The notes beneath the pieces were generated by a model that was not told the origin of the DNA, did no database searches, and was given only the letters and a program-made list of their open reading frames with translations. From Podarcis cretensis (Eukaryota), in assembly GCA_951804945.1 (NCBI GenBank), contig OX638155.1, forward strand, positions 29,326,001 through 29,390,000: a stretch of DNA of 64,000 nucleotides. Direction: 5' to 3'. Positions 13,883 through 26,638 of this stretch are shown in pieces. Numbering within the stretch: position 1 is the first letter of the stretch; each line of letters opens with the position of its first letter. A program made the translations under genes and the position numbers.

Positions 13883-14014
13883 NNNNNNNNNNNNNNNNNN
13901 NNNNNNNNNNNNNNNNNNNNNNNNNNNNNNNNNNNNNNNNNNNNNNNNNNNNNNNNNNNNNNNNNNNNNNNNNNNNNNNNNNNNNNNNNNNNNNNNNNNN
14001 NNNNNNNNNNNNNN
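13883..14014. other. N block (132 nt)
   Basis: Run of N. Confidence 0.99.
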
Positions 14015-14524
14015 TTTCCCTGGCTGAGCTTAGAGAATGCTATTAGGTATTACTATTGATGGTGCTTAACTGGGGAACACCAGCTGAATGCTAGGACTGG
14101 GACCATGGGATCCAAAGTTGTGCTGGGTTGCCCCCACTGCCGCTGCTTATTCCCCTATGATACGTATTGTCTGATCTTTTCGAGGATAATCTGTCAGGTG
14201 ATTTTACAAAATGTAAATTCAGAGGACGCTGCCACTTAGGGAAGCACAATGGGGAGAGCGGGGGAATGGGAAACTCTTGCTAGGATCTTCAAACGTCCCT
14301 TGGGAAACCTTAAGACCAAATTGATGTAGATTTAGCAGCATGTAGGTGAGATAAGAAAAGATTTCTAACTCTGAAAGCAAAGCCGAAATAACCAGTTTGC
14401 TAGGCGTACTCTAAAGCAGGTTCCCAACTTGACTGGAGGATGTAATTACCAGATGGTTTGGCAACTTTGTTTCTGCTGCTCTTTTTGATGTTAAGAGCTG
14501 TTCGACAGTGGAACACGCTCCCAC

Positions 14525-14780
14525 AAGAAGAGTTTGAAAAAGAGTTTGGATTTGATATCCCGCTTTATCACTACCTTAAGGAGTCTCAAAGTGGCTAACA
14601 TTCTCCTTTCCTTTCCTCCCCCACAATAAACACTCTGTGAGGTGAGTGGGGCTGAGAGACTTCAGAGAAGTGTGACTGGCCCAAGGTCACCCAGCAGTTG
14701 CATGTGGAGGAGCAGAGACGCGAATCCGGTTCACCAGATTACGAGTCTACTGCTCTTAACCACTATACCACACTGGCTCT
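14525..14780 (-). mobile_element. tRNA/MIR-derived squamate SINE (Squam3-like)
   Basis: Reverse complement starts AGAGCCAGTGTGGTATAGTGGTTAAGAGC and ends in a (CTT)n tail; near-identical to 33036-33287. Confidence 0.8.
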
Positions 14781-14840
14781 ATCATGAGAGGTGGTAGACT
14801 CTCGTTCCTTGGAGACTTTTAAGCAGAGGTTGGATGGCCA

Positions 14841-15356
14841 CAGCAGTGTAGCTAGCCGCTCAAGTGCCTGGTGCAGGGGCATGTCCTGCAGCTGGGGGCG
14901 GGGCGATCCATGCACATGGGGGCAGGGCGAGCCTCTTCGACGCTTGGAACCTCTCCACCGCCTCCCCCTCAGCTGTAGGGTGGCTGAGGGAGAGGCAGTA
15001 GGCAGATACAAGTCCTACACTGCTGTTTCAGGCAGCGCAGAACCTGCAGGCGCCTAAGCCACCACGTCACTCCTAAAAAGTTTCGTGAGCCCAATTTTTA
15101 AAAAACTCATTTTGTCACGCCCCCTCAGTGATGACACCCAGGGTGGACTGCACCCCCCCCCGTGTCCTCTTCATAGCTGTCAACTTTCAGATTAGAAAAT
15201 AAGGGATCAGCAGCCTCAACTGTCCCAGGGACAGTCTACGGGATATCTAACAATCCGGGATACCAGCGGGAAGCAGTGGGAAACGGCACTGGAATAAGGG
15301 AATTTCCCACAAAAAAAGGGAAGGTTGACAGCTATGGTCCCCTTCCTCTGCCACTG
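14841..15356. mobile_element. hAT-type MITE
   Basis: 8-bp TSD GATGGCCA (14833-14840, 15357-15364); CAG...CTG ends. Confidence 0.7.
15172..15336. mobile_element. hAT MITE (CATAGCTGTCAAC family), short form, nested
   Basis: TIRs CATAGCTGTCAAC / GTTGACAGCTATG; TSD GTCCTCTT / GTCCCCTT. Confidence 0.85.
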
Positions 15357-16551
15357 GATGGCCATCTGTCATGTATGATATAGTTGAGAATCCTGCATTG
15401 CAGATGGCCTGCAGAGTCTACTTCCAATTCTACAGTTCTATGCCATTTGTCGCCATATATAAAGTGAAACAGGTAAACTCAGTCTCCAGCCTTACACTAG
15501 ATGTGTCAGTGTCTAACAGTCAAGCTATGTACACATTCGCGCCTTAAAACGCAGCAAGCTCATTCTTCAAATGTACACACCACACCGTAACTGAGAAGTT
15601 AATGTGACTTAGGTTTTCAAATTGGATAGAAGCTGGTTTGATGGAAAATGCATCAACCAATTGGGTATACTTATGACTGGAGGAGCGGCTGTTCCTCTGC
15701 CCCATACACACCCAATGTGCACATGCACCTCAGTAAAAAGTGATCAGGATATTCACATTAATTGAATGAATTGCTATGTCGCTGGCTGAGGCCCTGAAGC
15801 AATCTGTAAGAGTTCATCGCTTCAGAAAGCTGACACAAAGTTGAGTGAACTGCAAGTCCAGAAATGATTTTAGCAATGTTTAGACCTTTTCCAAATTAAG
15901 CTAGGATTCAGGAATGCAGAGCCGAACAAATTCATGGAAAATAAAGGCATGGAACGGGGGATATCTGCTCATCCATATTTGTGTAGACTAGGCACCATCA
16001 GCTGGCATTATCAGATAGCTTCAGGAGCCACTGCCAGTAGTGAGGTCTGCCATGGACATTGACACCAGCCGGAGCTGCTTCGTCAGGCTGCCATGGTTAT
16101 GTCTACTATCGTAGTTTTCTCAAAATTCAGTGTCTTAAAAATCCAGCCATTCTGGGGCATTGTGGGTAAAAAATGGCCACGGTCACAAAAATATGGCAGC
16201 CACCATGCTTTTTTCTTTTACCCACAATGCTCTGAAACAATGGAACTTCTGGAGGCGCTGCATTTTTTGGGGGGGGGGGAGTTAAAGACGGTAGCCTTCA
16301 ACAAGGGGCCCCCAGTCCTTGATCTGCTTTTGGCTTCAGGAATGAGCAAAAACTTGAACTTGTTTCCCTGCATCTCAAAAACCAGCATGTACCACATTGG
16401 TACTATACAAAATACAGAAATGCAGAGATCTGCCAATGGACAAATATGCATGTGGGAAAAGCTGTGACCCAAATGCACGGAGGGGATGGAGACATGCAAC
16501 GCATCCAACATGATCAGAGAAGGGTGTTTTGATGGGTGAAGTTTACACCAC

Positions 16552-16553
16552 TA

Positions 16554-16611
<58 letters not shown>
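16552..16611. repeat. (AC)n(AG)n microsatellite
   Basis: Direct. Confidence 0.95.
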
Positions 16612-16614
<3 letters not shown>

Positions 16615-16929
16615 ACCTGGACTGTTGCTCTGCCCCTATTAAATAGCTGAATTATTGGTTCTGATTTGCTATGGTTTGAGATGTAGAGCATCAGTGAGCA
16701 TATTTTCTGCTCTTTGGCCTAACTGAACTGCTGGATTTGCTTTGGTGCTAGCAAGGTCTGCTTGAGCAACCTCCTAATGTGATTATAATATCTACTCTTC
16801 TGCTTGTATTGTGGTATTATTTCTTGTTATGTTCTCTGAAGCAAAATACTCCCAGGATAATGGCTGCAAGAAGCTGCATTGTAATCATTTCAGAAAGTTA
16901 AAAAAAACACACAACACAACCTCAAACAA

Positions 16930-18790
16930 ATACAGTCTACATTAGTTCTGTTTGAGGTCACAGGAAGAAATCCTGATTTTCCCAGCATATAGATATTTGC
17001 TTTTGCGTCTCCTTTCCAGCTGAGATTGATGCCGGCAAGTAAAGGGATTTGAATGCATATTGGCCTACTCTCTTTGCTGCTTTGATTTGCCGGTGAGCCA
17101 AGCAGAACACAATTAGTGCATATTGACACCTTTGCAGGAAGTGCTCATAAGGGAAAATAGGAAATTGAAAACGGCCTTTCAAAAGATGGGAGGAAAATCC
17201 TGCCTTGCTTAAATAAATGGAGAGAGGGAGAGAGGCAGCGAAATGCTCCGTCAGGATATTTGTATTTCTATATCATTTAGGAAAATCCTATTATAGCTTT
17301 AGCCACAGAAGCATTCCTGGTGTGCAAGATAGAGGCAGTTCATAAAAATACATAGTGTTTTGCAGCGGGAAAATAGGACAACCTATTGCTTTCTGTGGAT
17401 GGCTGCGTTACACCCCAGTTCCCATCAATAGAACATAATCTCATTGCAGCAAGCGGTGCTCAATATCAAGGAAACACGGGTACCATAAGGTACTGCAGAC
17501 TGCCAGATACCTAAAGGACACAAAGCTTTGTGTTATAACAAGGGACAATACCTCCACAACAAGGCTTTGTACCGTGGAGTGGCACTGCATAGGTGTATGT
17601 CTGCGTGTCTATGGAGTGCACATTGCTTTCTTGTCTTCCCAAACCGTATCTCTAATTCAGCTGCTGCTGCAATGTCAACCATCCAATGAATCCCTCCTCA
17701 ATTAGTGCCAAATTAGATGCCTGCTGTTAGTGGAGTCCTGCCGCACCCAGAGTCTTGGGACCACGGCTTCTGCACACGTGGCAATAATATGTAAACCGGG
17801 TCACCTCCTGATCACATCATCTTCTGAAAAAGAAAAAGAAAAAACCCTGTGCACATTGTGTGTTTCACTCTTTTTCCATCAGTGCAAAAGCACCAGAAGG
17901 AGAGTTAAGTTTGGTTGTGCAGCTATCCCAATGATTAAAATATAATAGGCTAATGAGATTACAAAAGCTGATTGTGAACAAGACCAATTGTGTTAATTGG
18001 AGCCTCCTNNNNNNNNNNNNNNNNNNNNNNNNNNNNNNNNNNNNNNNNNNNNNNNNNNNNNNNNNNNNNNNNNNNNNNNNNNNNNNNNNNNNNNNNNNNN
18101 NNNNNNNNNNNNNNNNNNNNNNNNNNNNNNNNNNNNNNNNNNNNNNNATAACTGCTGACATTAATCTTGATTACTTTAGTTAAAATAAATAGTTTTACTT
18201 GGGCGGCTTTCAGAAAATACATTAGGGGTGAATGTTATATGTTCGGGGGTGGGTGGGAGAAAATGGGAAGATCTTTATATATATATATGACTTTTTTTAA
18301 AAAAACTGTTTGCCTTTTAATATTTTGTTTGCCAAGGATCGAAAGTGAAGTGCCTGTGTCTTAGGTGAGAGGAACCTTTGTAATTGCTGCTTTGTTCCGT
18401 TCCTTTATTTCCTGCTGTTGGGAAGTATAAAAGGTGTATCTATCCCTAAACAGTTTAGCTCTCCCACCACCCCAGCCCCACTTCTTTCATGGTGAAAGAG
18501 CCTTCACTAAGCCGAACATCAATGCCATTGAACACGCAACTGGCAAGAACTCAGAAGCCAAATAATATTAGCGGAAGCATCGATAAACGGTTTGTTTATG
18601 CAAAGTTGGCACACAAGTATTCTGACTGTTTCACGCTCCAGCTGCTAGTACTAACACACCCGACTATAAAAGTGCTTTCTCATAGAAGTCATTTATTTTT
18701 TATGTGGGATTAATGTACTCAGGATGGTTCCGTAAAGCACAGAGTGACACGAAGCCACCAGCCAAAATTAATGCTGCAATATATTAGAGG
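16930..18790. promoter_or_regulatory. Cluster of putative CNEs around an N block
   Basis: TE-free and rich in TAAT/TGATT/ACAAT words. Conservation is inferred. Confidence 0.35.
18009..18147. other. N block (139 nt)
   Basis: Run of N. Confidence 0.99.
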
Positions 18791-19037
18791 GAAACTGGAG
18801 CTTAGCAGCATGATCCAAGCTATACTTGCTCAGAAATATAAGCAATGTTTTCAGGGGGAAATTGCCACGAGTTGGTTCATGCATTTGATGTGATATCTGT
18901 GGTAGTCCATTCATACAAGCAAGCTGTCATGTGTGTGTTTGTTGATCACATACATATATTACCCAGGGCAGGTTGCAAAATAACAAGCAAACAAAAGTTT
19001 ATTAATTGGGGAAAGTAGCCTCAAAACAATTCAAATA

Positions 19038-19288
19038 CAGTCATACTTTGGTTGATGAACATCTTGCGACTCGAACGTTTAAGCTCCCAAAAGCCTCAAA
19101 CCCAGAAGTGAGTGTTCCGGTTTGTGAATGTTCTTTGGAACCTGAACGTCCGACCTGGCTTCTGTGGCTTCCAATTGAGTGCAGGAAACTCCTGCAGCCA
19201 ATCAGAAGCCACGTCTTGATTTTCGAACATTTTCGGAAGTCGAACGGACTTGCAGAACAGTTTCCCTTCATCAACCAAGGTATGACTG
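19038..19288. mobile_element. Tigger-like MITE
   Basis: TIRs CAGTCATACTTTGGTTGATGAA / TTCATCAACCAAGGTATGACTG; TA TSD. Confidence 0.85.
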
Positions 19289-19539
19289 TAATCAAAATCA
19301 CAGACTATGATGTTTACATAGGTGGGTAAATCAAGAATTCCTCAGAGTTTTAGGCAGTGCTTTTTTCTGTGGGTACGCAGGGATACGCATATCCCTAAAC
19401 ATTTTGTGGATCTAATGAGAGAAGAAACTAAAATTTTGTTTTGAAAAATGTTTCTTCTCTAGCACGGTGAATCATCAGTTCCATTGCTACCCCCGATGGC
19501 GGCTTCATTTCCTGTCATGCTGTTAGCACTGGTTTTAGA

Positions 19540-19850
19540 TAAAAAGGCATGCCTCAGCATGTCTTTGACACATATACAGTGTTGACACAAGATGCACATG
19601 TAGAGACAGGGAGTTCTAAAGCCTGGGTGCCACCACAGAGAAGGCCTTCTTGCACACTAGTGCCCTACAAAACTGCCGAGGGTGGTGGAATGGGTTAAAA
19701 GACCTACTACACTAGTTTGCATGGGAGTAGATGATATTTCAGGTATCCAGGACCCAAGTCATTTAGGGAAATATATGTCAAAGTCAGGGTTTTGAGCTGG
19801 ACCCAGATGCAACTATGAAGTCCCTAACAACTCTCTCAGAATTGGTGTAA
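19540..19850 (-). mobile_element. Old L2 fragment
   Basis: GGTGCCACCACAGAGAAGGCC and TTCAGGTATCCAGGACCCAAG...TTTAGGG resemble the L2 copies in reverse complement. Confidence 0.5.
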
Positions 19851-19899
19851 TATGAGATCTACCAGTCATAATGAACATGTATCTGACAATTAGGTCTTA

Positions 19900-20355
19900 C
19901 TTCCTTCGTTGGACTGGTCATGTTGTGCAGATGCCTGATTATCGTCTTCCAAAGTTACTACTCTATTTCAAAATTAAAAATGGAAAGTGCAATGCTGGTG
20001 GTCAACAAAAGAGGTTTAAAGACTCTCTCAAGGCAAATGTTAAAAAATGTAGTATAAACACCAACAATTGGGAAACACTGTCCTGCAAGCACTCAATTGG
20101 AGAACAGTCTTTACCAAAGGTGTCATGGGCTTTGAAGACACTCAGGATGATAATGAGAAACGTGCTAAGAGGAAGGCATGCTTGGCAAACCCTCACCATG
20201 ATCAACTCCCACCTGGAAATCTATGTCCCCACTGCGGAAGGATGTGTGGATCCAGAATTGGCCTCCACAGTCACTTATGGATTCACTGTTAAAACCGTGT
20301 TCATGGAAGACAATCTTACTCAGCTGCAAGTGATCGCTTAAGAAGAAGAAGAAGA
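19900..20355 (+). mobile_element. RTE-clade LINE 3' fragment with C-terminal C2H2 finger
   Basis: LRWTGHVVQMPDYRLPK...GGQQKRFKDSLK; frameshifted CPHCGRMCGSRIGLHSHLWIH; (GAA)n tail. Confidence 0.85.
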
Positions 20356-20711
20356 CTTCCAGGTATTCATTCAGATGAGATAATGTCAACAGGTGTAGGT
20401 AGTGTGACAAGCTACACACGTTGACATTTCTTATTTAAAACTATTAAAGGAGCAGAAGCCCTGTTCTCTTTTACATCTGCGCAGCCCAGTCTTACATCTA
20501 AGTCAGAGATTCAGGACTGCTACATAAGGCAAGGATTGGTTCAGACATGCATTTTCATCACTTGATTGCTTGCATGTGTGAATGGGCCCCCATGGATATC
20601 ACACCCGAATTAGGGGCAAATGGTGCATGTGAGCAGCATCATGGTTGCAGTTTGGAAGCACATGAAGAAGGCAGCAGCTCCATGTGGCAGGTTTTTGTGT
20701 AAAGCAGCTGC

Positions 20712-20747
<36 letters not shown>

Positions 20748-21485
20748 AATGTGTATATCGCCCTATACCAGTCAGTCTCAGAGCGGCTCACAACACCAAG
20801 TTACAGTATACAAAGCACAAAATGCACAATAAAAACAATCAAAGCACAAAATACATAATAAAATATGAAATAAAAGTAGTTTTGATGTTCCAGCATAACC
20901 TGTGGGGATAACCAGGGGTTGTTGTTGTTGTTGTTGTTGTGGTTGTAAAACTGCTTAATTTGCACAGACAACCATTTCACATGAACAGCCTGCAACACCC
21001 TGCCCCATTAAAAGTTTGCAGAATAATTACCAAAACATAAAATCAGTCAGTGTGTCTGCCCTCCACTGTATGGCAGATGTAACCAGTTGACTGGCACTTC
21101 TGAACGATTCCACTGATAGTTACAGAATGCAGAATTTATGAGAAATGGCCTGAGAGACAGCTGAGAAACTGAGTGTTCAAATCAACTATGTGGATAGTGT
21201 CATTATATAGTTCAGTCATTCCCTGGCACTGGACTCTAATGGCAATAGCTTAAAGATCTGTTTATTACGCACACGGAAACTGCTCTTCAGGGGTTTTTTT
21301 GAGCAGGAACTGAGGAGAACTGAGTTCCCTTACCTTTTTAAAATTAAATAATATTTTTCTGTCTGCGAGGCCTGGAATGGGATATACACCTAATGTCTGA
21401 GCCAAAATTCCATCTATATCTGTAAGCAATAAAACTGTGGTCATTTCTAATCCAGACCATTGTCTGCTTTAGTTTATTAATCATA

Positions 21486-21866
21486 GGTAAAGGTAAAGGA
21501 CCCCTGGACGGTTAAGTCCAGTCAAAGGTGACTTTGGGGTGCGGCGCTCATTTCCGCTTTCAGGCCGAGGGAACTGGCATTTGTCCACAGACAGCTTTCT
21601 GGGTCATGTGGCCGGCATGACTAAACTGATTCTGGTGCGACAGGACACTGTGGCGAGAGCCACAGCACACAGAAACGCTGCTTACCTTCCCGCCACAGCG
21701 GTACCTGTTTATCTACTTGCACTGGTGTGCTTTTGAATTGCTAGGTTGGCAGGAGCTGGGACAGAGCAACAGGAGCACACCCCGTTGTGCGGATTCGAAC
21801 TGCCAACCTTCTGATCTGCAAGCCCAAGAGGCTCCATGGTTTAGACCACAGCACCACCCGCTCCCA
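21486..21866 (-). mobile_element. Sauria SINE
   Basis: Full body; probable TSD TTTATTAATCATA / TTTATTAATTATA. Confidence 0.9.
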
Positions 21867-22240
21867 CTTTATTAATTATAACTTATATTGAGCCACTGCC
21901 CAGTGCAGGGTGTGTGGCACTTTGACTGGCCCCACCATAAATAAACAAATTGGCAAACTTTGTGGTGAGTTCCCCCACCATTTCCCCCACAGAAAAAAAC
22001 CACTACTGCTCTTCATTGTATATCTCAGGGGGGTTGTAATGCACCTGCTTGAGAGAAAAGCCTCTGTTTGCTTTGACTACCTGTAACGAAACCTCTATTA
22101 AGTGAACAGTGCCTCTTGAGTGTCCGCAAACTGGAACTTCTGTGGAGCTCCTGAACAGGCAGATATTCTGGGTTTCACACTCAGGTTGGTCAGACCATAC
22201 GTGGCATACTGTGTCCAGTTCTAGACATCACAGTTGAAGA

Positions 22241-22746
22241 CATAGCTGTCAACTTACAGATTTGAAAATAAGGGACCAGCAGCCTCGAAAATAAGGGATT
22301 TTGCTATTGTGAAGAGTTACATACATTGGTAGGACTGACAGATGCTGTCAATCCGGCTTGAAGCGGTTGTGGCGCGGCGGCAGCCGTTGAAGTGCCACCC
22401 TTCTGCGTCCCTCCCCATCCCCTCCTCTTCCTCCTCCCTCAGGCCACCTCCTCAGCTGCCACCACCGCTGCCGCCTCCAGGCTCGTGGGCGGTGTGGGCG
22501 AGAGTCTCCCTCCCTCCCCCCGTCTCTCTCGGGCGGGAAGGGCCGATGGAACTCCTTGCGCCAGGACGACGGCGCCAGCGCGCGGTCTCTCTTGCTGCGG
22601 AGGACCCTGAGCCACTGCTTCCCTCCCGAGCCGAGCAAGCATGAAACCCAGGAAATTTAAGGGAAATCATCAATAAGGGACAGCAGCGGGACACGGCGCT
22701 GGGATAAGGGAGTTTCCCGCCAAATAAGGGACGGTTGACAGCTATG
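22241..22746. mobile_element. hAT MITE (CATAGCTGTCAAC family), long form with GC-rich interior
   Basis: Perfect 13-bp TIRs, perfect 8-bp TSD GTTGAAGA (22233-22240, 22747-22754), subterminal AATAAGGGA repeats; inserted in a CR1-like remnant. Confidence 0.9.
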
Positions 22747-24444
22747 GTTGAAGACCATTATATTCATCTCCACACATAGACGTATTTCCTGAACCAATGG
22801 GAGGGTGAATAAGTCAGCAAGTCATACCCTCAACCTCGCTGGAGTTGTTATAGTAACCCAGCGCACTTGGCACCCTCATCTCAGCACATCCAGACGTGGG
22901 GGACATACTCTTCAAGAAGTGAGCAAAAGCACTGTGTAATTTAACTCATTTGTTCACATTACACCAGCACCTGTTCAACCCCTCCCCTTGCCCTGTCCAA
23001 CTTCGCCTTTTTAATCGTTTGTTTGCTTTAGAATTTAAAGTTTGTTTGCTTTAACATTGTAAACCACTGTGGGTGCCTTGGCAGAAAGATGACATATAAA
23101 TGCAATCAATCAATCAATCAATCAATCAAGATATAAGCTTCTTTTCTGCATGGGACTCTGCCCATTCGCTGAAACCCAGGTCATGTGCATTGATGCAGTT
23201 ACATAAAGTTTGATTGACTTTTCGCTTTAATTTGCAAGTCTCTCGGTGTGTGGCTTCTTTGCCTTCCCTTTCCCTTCCTTCCCTCTGCTCCTTTTATTTC
23301 CCAAATAAAATTCTTATAGTTTGTGACATTTGGCTTCATTGGTTTTAAAAGGCAATTTTCTGGAATTTCTCATTCAAATCATCCCCGTTTGTTAGACTAC
23401 ATGGTTATTAATCCTTGTTTTCTAAGAGATAGTTCCCCAGGTTGTGGAAGACTGTGAGTTGCCTGGGCTTTGGAAAAGTAAATCCAAATCTCTGTGCTAT
23501 TTAACATTTCTAGAGCTGGAATTTAAGAGAGAGATCCTTTTCTGTCCAGATTTTCAATTTTTTGAAATATGGCAACCCTATACATGGAGATATTTTCAAG
23601 CACAAAATGGAGCATTCCCCACTTTCTATTCCATGTCTTGATGAAGGAGATTCATTCATTTGCTTCAGATGTTCGTTGGAGAAGAGCGTCAACCATTACA
23701 GTGTCAACCATTACAGCCCTTTGTTTAATTCTGCCATGAATGCCATTGCCCAGTAACCAAAATAAAAACCACCCTGCTCTCTTCCAACATTGGAATAGAA
23801 CAATTTGTAATAAGTGTTTGCTCTGTATATCGTGCATATGTATTTGCTCTATATTTTCTGCACAGCTGTTGCATCTTTAAAAGGTACATTAGAGGTTGAT
23901 AAGCCTTTTCTGGGGCCCTTGCTGTGCTCTGTGCAAGACTAGCTTGGAGTTTCAAAGCTCATGCACATTTCTTAGGGGTCTGGCAGCGTCCCAGAACAGC
24001 AGTGTCTACTAAACCAGTCTGACTTCAGCAAACACGGATTGATCCTTTCTAGTTGTGAGCTAGAATCATTTCCCTCAGCGGGGCCACTGCTTTAATCATG
24101 TACTTTAAGCACAAGAAGAATGACAAATTTTACAGTGATAATCTCATAGGCACAGGGGCTTTCTTTTTAGAAAAGGGATTCATTAAGCCAGTAGCTACAT
24201 TGAAGAGGCTAAAAAACACAGAAAAAATAGGCAATGCAAAAAAGAAAGAGAGCCATGTTTTACTATCATTATTATTATAATTCAACACACTATGCTTTCC
24301 TTGACTTTAAAATGTATTTGTGATCCCCCAAACCAGCAGGCGTAGGGAGTAAATATGGGAGGAGTGAGCAAGGAACTGCAGTACTTGGGAGGAAACGTGA
24401 CCTTAAAAAATATAGGACAGTATTCATCCTCTCAATTCTGTACA

Positions 24445-24750
24445 GTGGTTTGAATCCCCGTTATGGGATGAGCTCCCATTGCTTAGTCCCTGCTCCTGCC
24501 AACCTAGCAGTTCAGAAGCACGTCAAAGTGCAAGTAGATAAATAGGTACCACTCTGGCAGGAAGGTAAAAAGCATTTCCATGCACTGCTCTGGTTCGCCA
24601 GAAGCGGCTTGGTCATGCTGGCCAGATGACCTGGAAGCTGTCAGCAGACAAATGCCAGCTCCCTCAGCCAGTAAGGCGAGATGAGCGCTGCAACCCCAGA
24701 GTCGTCCGCGACTGGACTTAACGGTCAGGAGTCCCTTTACCTTTACCTTT
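24445..24750 (+). mobile_element. Sauria SINE, 5'-truncated
   Basis: Body plus (ACCTTT)n tail. Confidence 0.9.
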
Positions 24751-25332
24751 AAGATATAAGGGTGTTTGTTACCAATTAGTCAAAGAAGAAGAGGAAGAGG
24801 AAGAAAAAGGCAGAAAAGGCTGAGGGTGCCATGTTTTTATTTATGATTTAACACACTAGGGCTGCATTTGGACATGGGGACCCTGGCACCAACTATAGGG
24901 GGCCCTGGGTATCTTGGGCACCCACACAGTGGGGCTCCAACATGACTTCCAGTTTCTTCCTGCCAGGCCTCTGACATGACTTCCAGTAGAAACCGGAAGT
25001 CATGTTTAAGGTGTCATGAGACATTGGATGTGACCTCTGAGGTTCCGTGAGGCCTCAGAAGGGACCTCCAAGGCCCTCTCATACCTCCAACACGACTTCC
25101 AGTAGAAACTGAAAGATGTCATGTTACAATGTGGCTGCCACTGGGCACCCAACATCTGGGGCCCAAGTCAACACCCCTGCATGGGGATTATTTTGTTAGT
25201 TTTCCTGGTTAAAGTCCCTTTTACACCGCAGTACTTGTTCCATTATCGAACTGCAGCTTTTTTTTGACCGATATACGACCAATAGTGCTAAATTTTAAAC
25301 AGCAGGAAAGAAATGTATGGTGGGGATACCAC

Positions 25333-25473
25333 CTCAAATGTGAAATTACTGTTGGAATTCTGCCTTGGTCAGAGGGATGTGCCAGTCTTCCAGGCACCGG
25401 CAGATATTCCTCGGTGACCTCCTGGCTGCTACTCCGCTGATAAGCAGGCGAGGTCTCGGCGATTTTTCTCAGG
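25333..25473 (-). other. Candidate 141-nt exon or CNE
   Basis: Minus-strand TTTTTCTCACAG acceptor, open frame LRKIAETSPAYQRSSSQEVTEEYLPVPGRLAHPSDQGRIPTVISHL, weak AG/GTGGTA donor; peptide not recognised. Confidence 0.2.
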
Positions 25474-25711
25474 CTGTGAGAAAAACACACCGTTCCTTCT
25501 CTCTCCCCTTTGGTGTCCCCCAGGGAGGGGAAAGAAGCAGACAGAAATCTATTTACATCTTTTATTTCTGTCTTTCACTTCAGTACAGAGAAAACATGTC
25601 TGCACACAACAGCAGTAAGAATAAACTCCACCCATGTACTTCCAGTACAGGTCATATGGCACACACACTGAGCTAACATCCGGTGCTCAATACAGAATGG
25701 ACTGCCCCTTT

Positions 25712-25725
25712 GTTTCCATGGCAAC
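25712..25725. promoter_or_regulatory. RFX X-box
   Basis: GTTTCCATGGCAAC matches the X-box consensus. Confidence 0.5.
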
Positions 25726-26045
25726 AGTCACCCACATCCTGTTTGGCTTTCCAGCCACAAGCAGCTGACTGAGCTGCTAGAGCCTTTGCTTGCTGCTGCA
25801 TTGCTGCTTTAGAATAACAATTACAACACCTGCCTCCCCAACCCCTGCCAATTTTTCTGGTTAAGGTGGTTGCAAATCTATTTGTTTTTCTGGAACGCCC
25901 ATTATCTTTCCCCAACACCACCCTTCATAGCAGCACTAGATAAAGGTGTTGTCGGATCCACCTCATTCAGAGATTCAAATGTTGGATCTGAATTGTACTA
26001 GTCTGGGTACATGCACCCTACCTGCCCACAGACTGTTTCACCAAA

Positions 26046-26638
26046 GTGGTGCATGCTCTAGTTATCTCCCGCTTGGACTACTGCAATGCGCTCTACATGG
26101 GGCTACCTTTGAAGGTGACTTGGAAACTGCAATTAATCCAGAATGCGGCAGCTAGACTGGTGACTGGGAGCGGCTGCTGGGACCATATAACACCGGTCCT
26201 GAGAGATCTGCATTGGCTCCCAGTATGTTTCCGAGCACAATCCAAAGAGTTGGTCTGACATTTAAAGCCCTAAATGGCCTCAGTCCTGTATACCTGAAGG
26301 AGCGTCTCCTCCCCCATCATCCAGCCCAGACACTGAGGTCCAGTGCCAAGGGCCTTCTGGCGATTCCCTTGCTGCGAGAAGTGAGGTTACAGGGAACCAG
26401 GCAGAGGGCCTTCTCGGTAGTGGCGCCCGCCCTGTGGAATGCCCTCCCAGCAGATGTCAAGGAAATAAGCAGCTATTCTATTTTTAAAATACATCTCAAG
26501 GCAGCCCTGTTTAGGGAAGTTTTTAATGTCTGATGCTGTATTGTTTTTTAATATTCGGTGGAAGCTGCCCAGAGTGGCTGGGGAAACCCAGCCAGATGGG
26601 CGGGGTATAAATAATAAATTATTATATATTATTATATA
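26046..26638 (+). mobile_element. L2-clade LINE 3' fragment
   Basis: VHALVISRLDYCNALYMGLP...LHWLP (frameshift) ...FKIHLKAALF; same 3' UTR as the other L2 copies. Confidence 0.92.

Larger units (their letters stand above)
14480..15445 (+). mobile_element. CR1 LINE 3' end split by nested insertions
   Basis: AGAGCTGTTCGACAGTGGAAC...GAGAGGTGGTAGACTCTCGTTCCTTGGAGACTTTTAAGCAGAGGTTGGATGGCCA...TCTGTCA...TTCCAATTCTACAGTTCTATG. Confidence 0.75.

Noticed and set aside
22342-22694. Host gene first exon / CpG-island promoter
   Set aside because: Lies wholly within TIRs and a perfect 8-bp TSD
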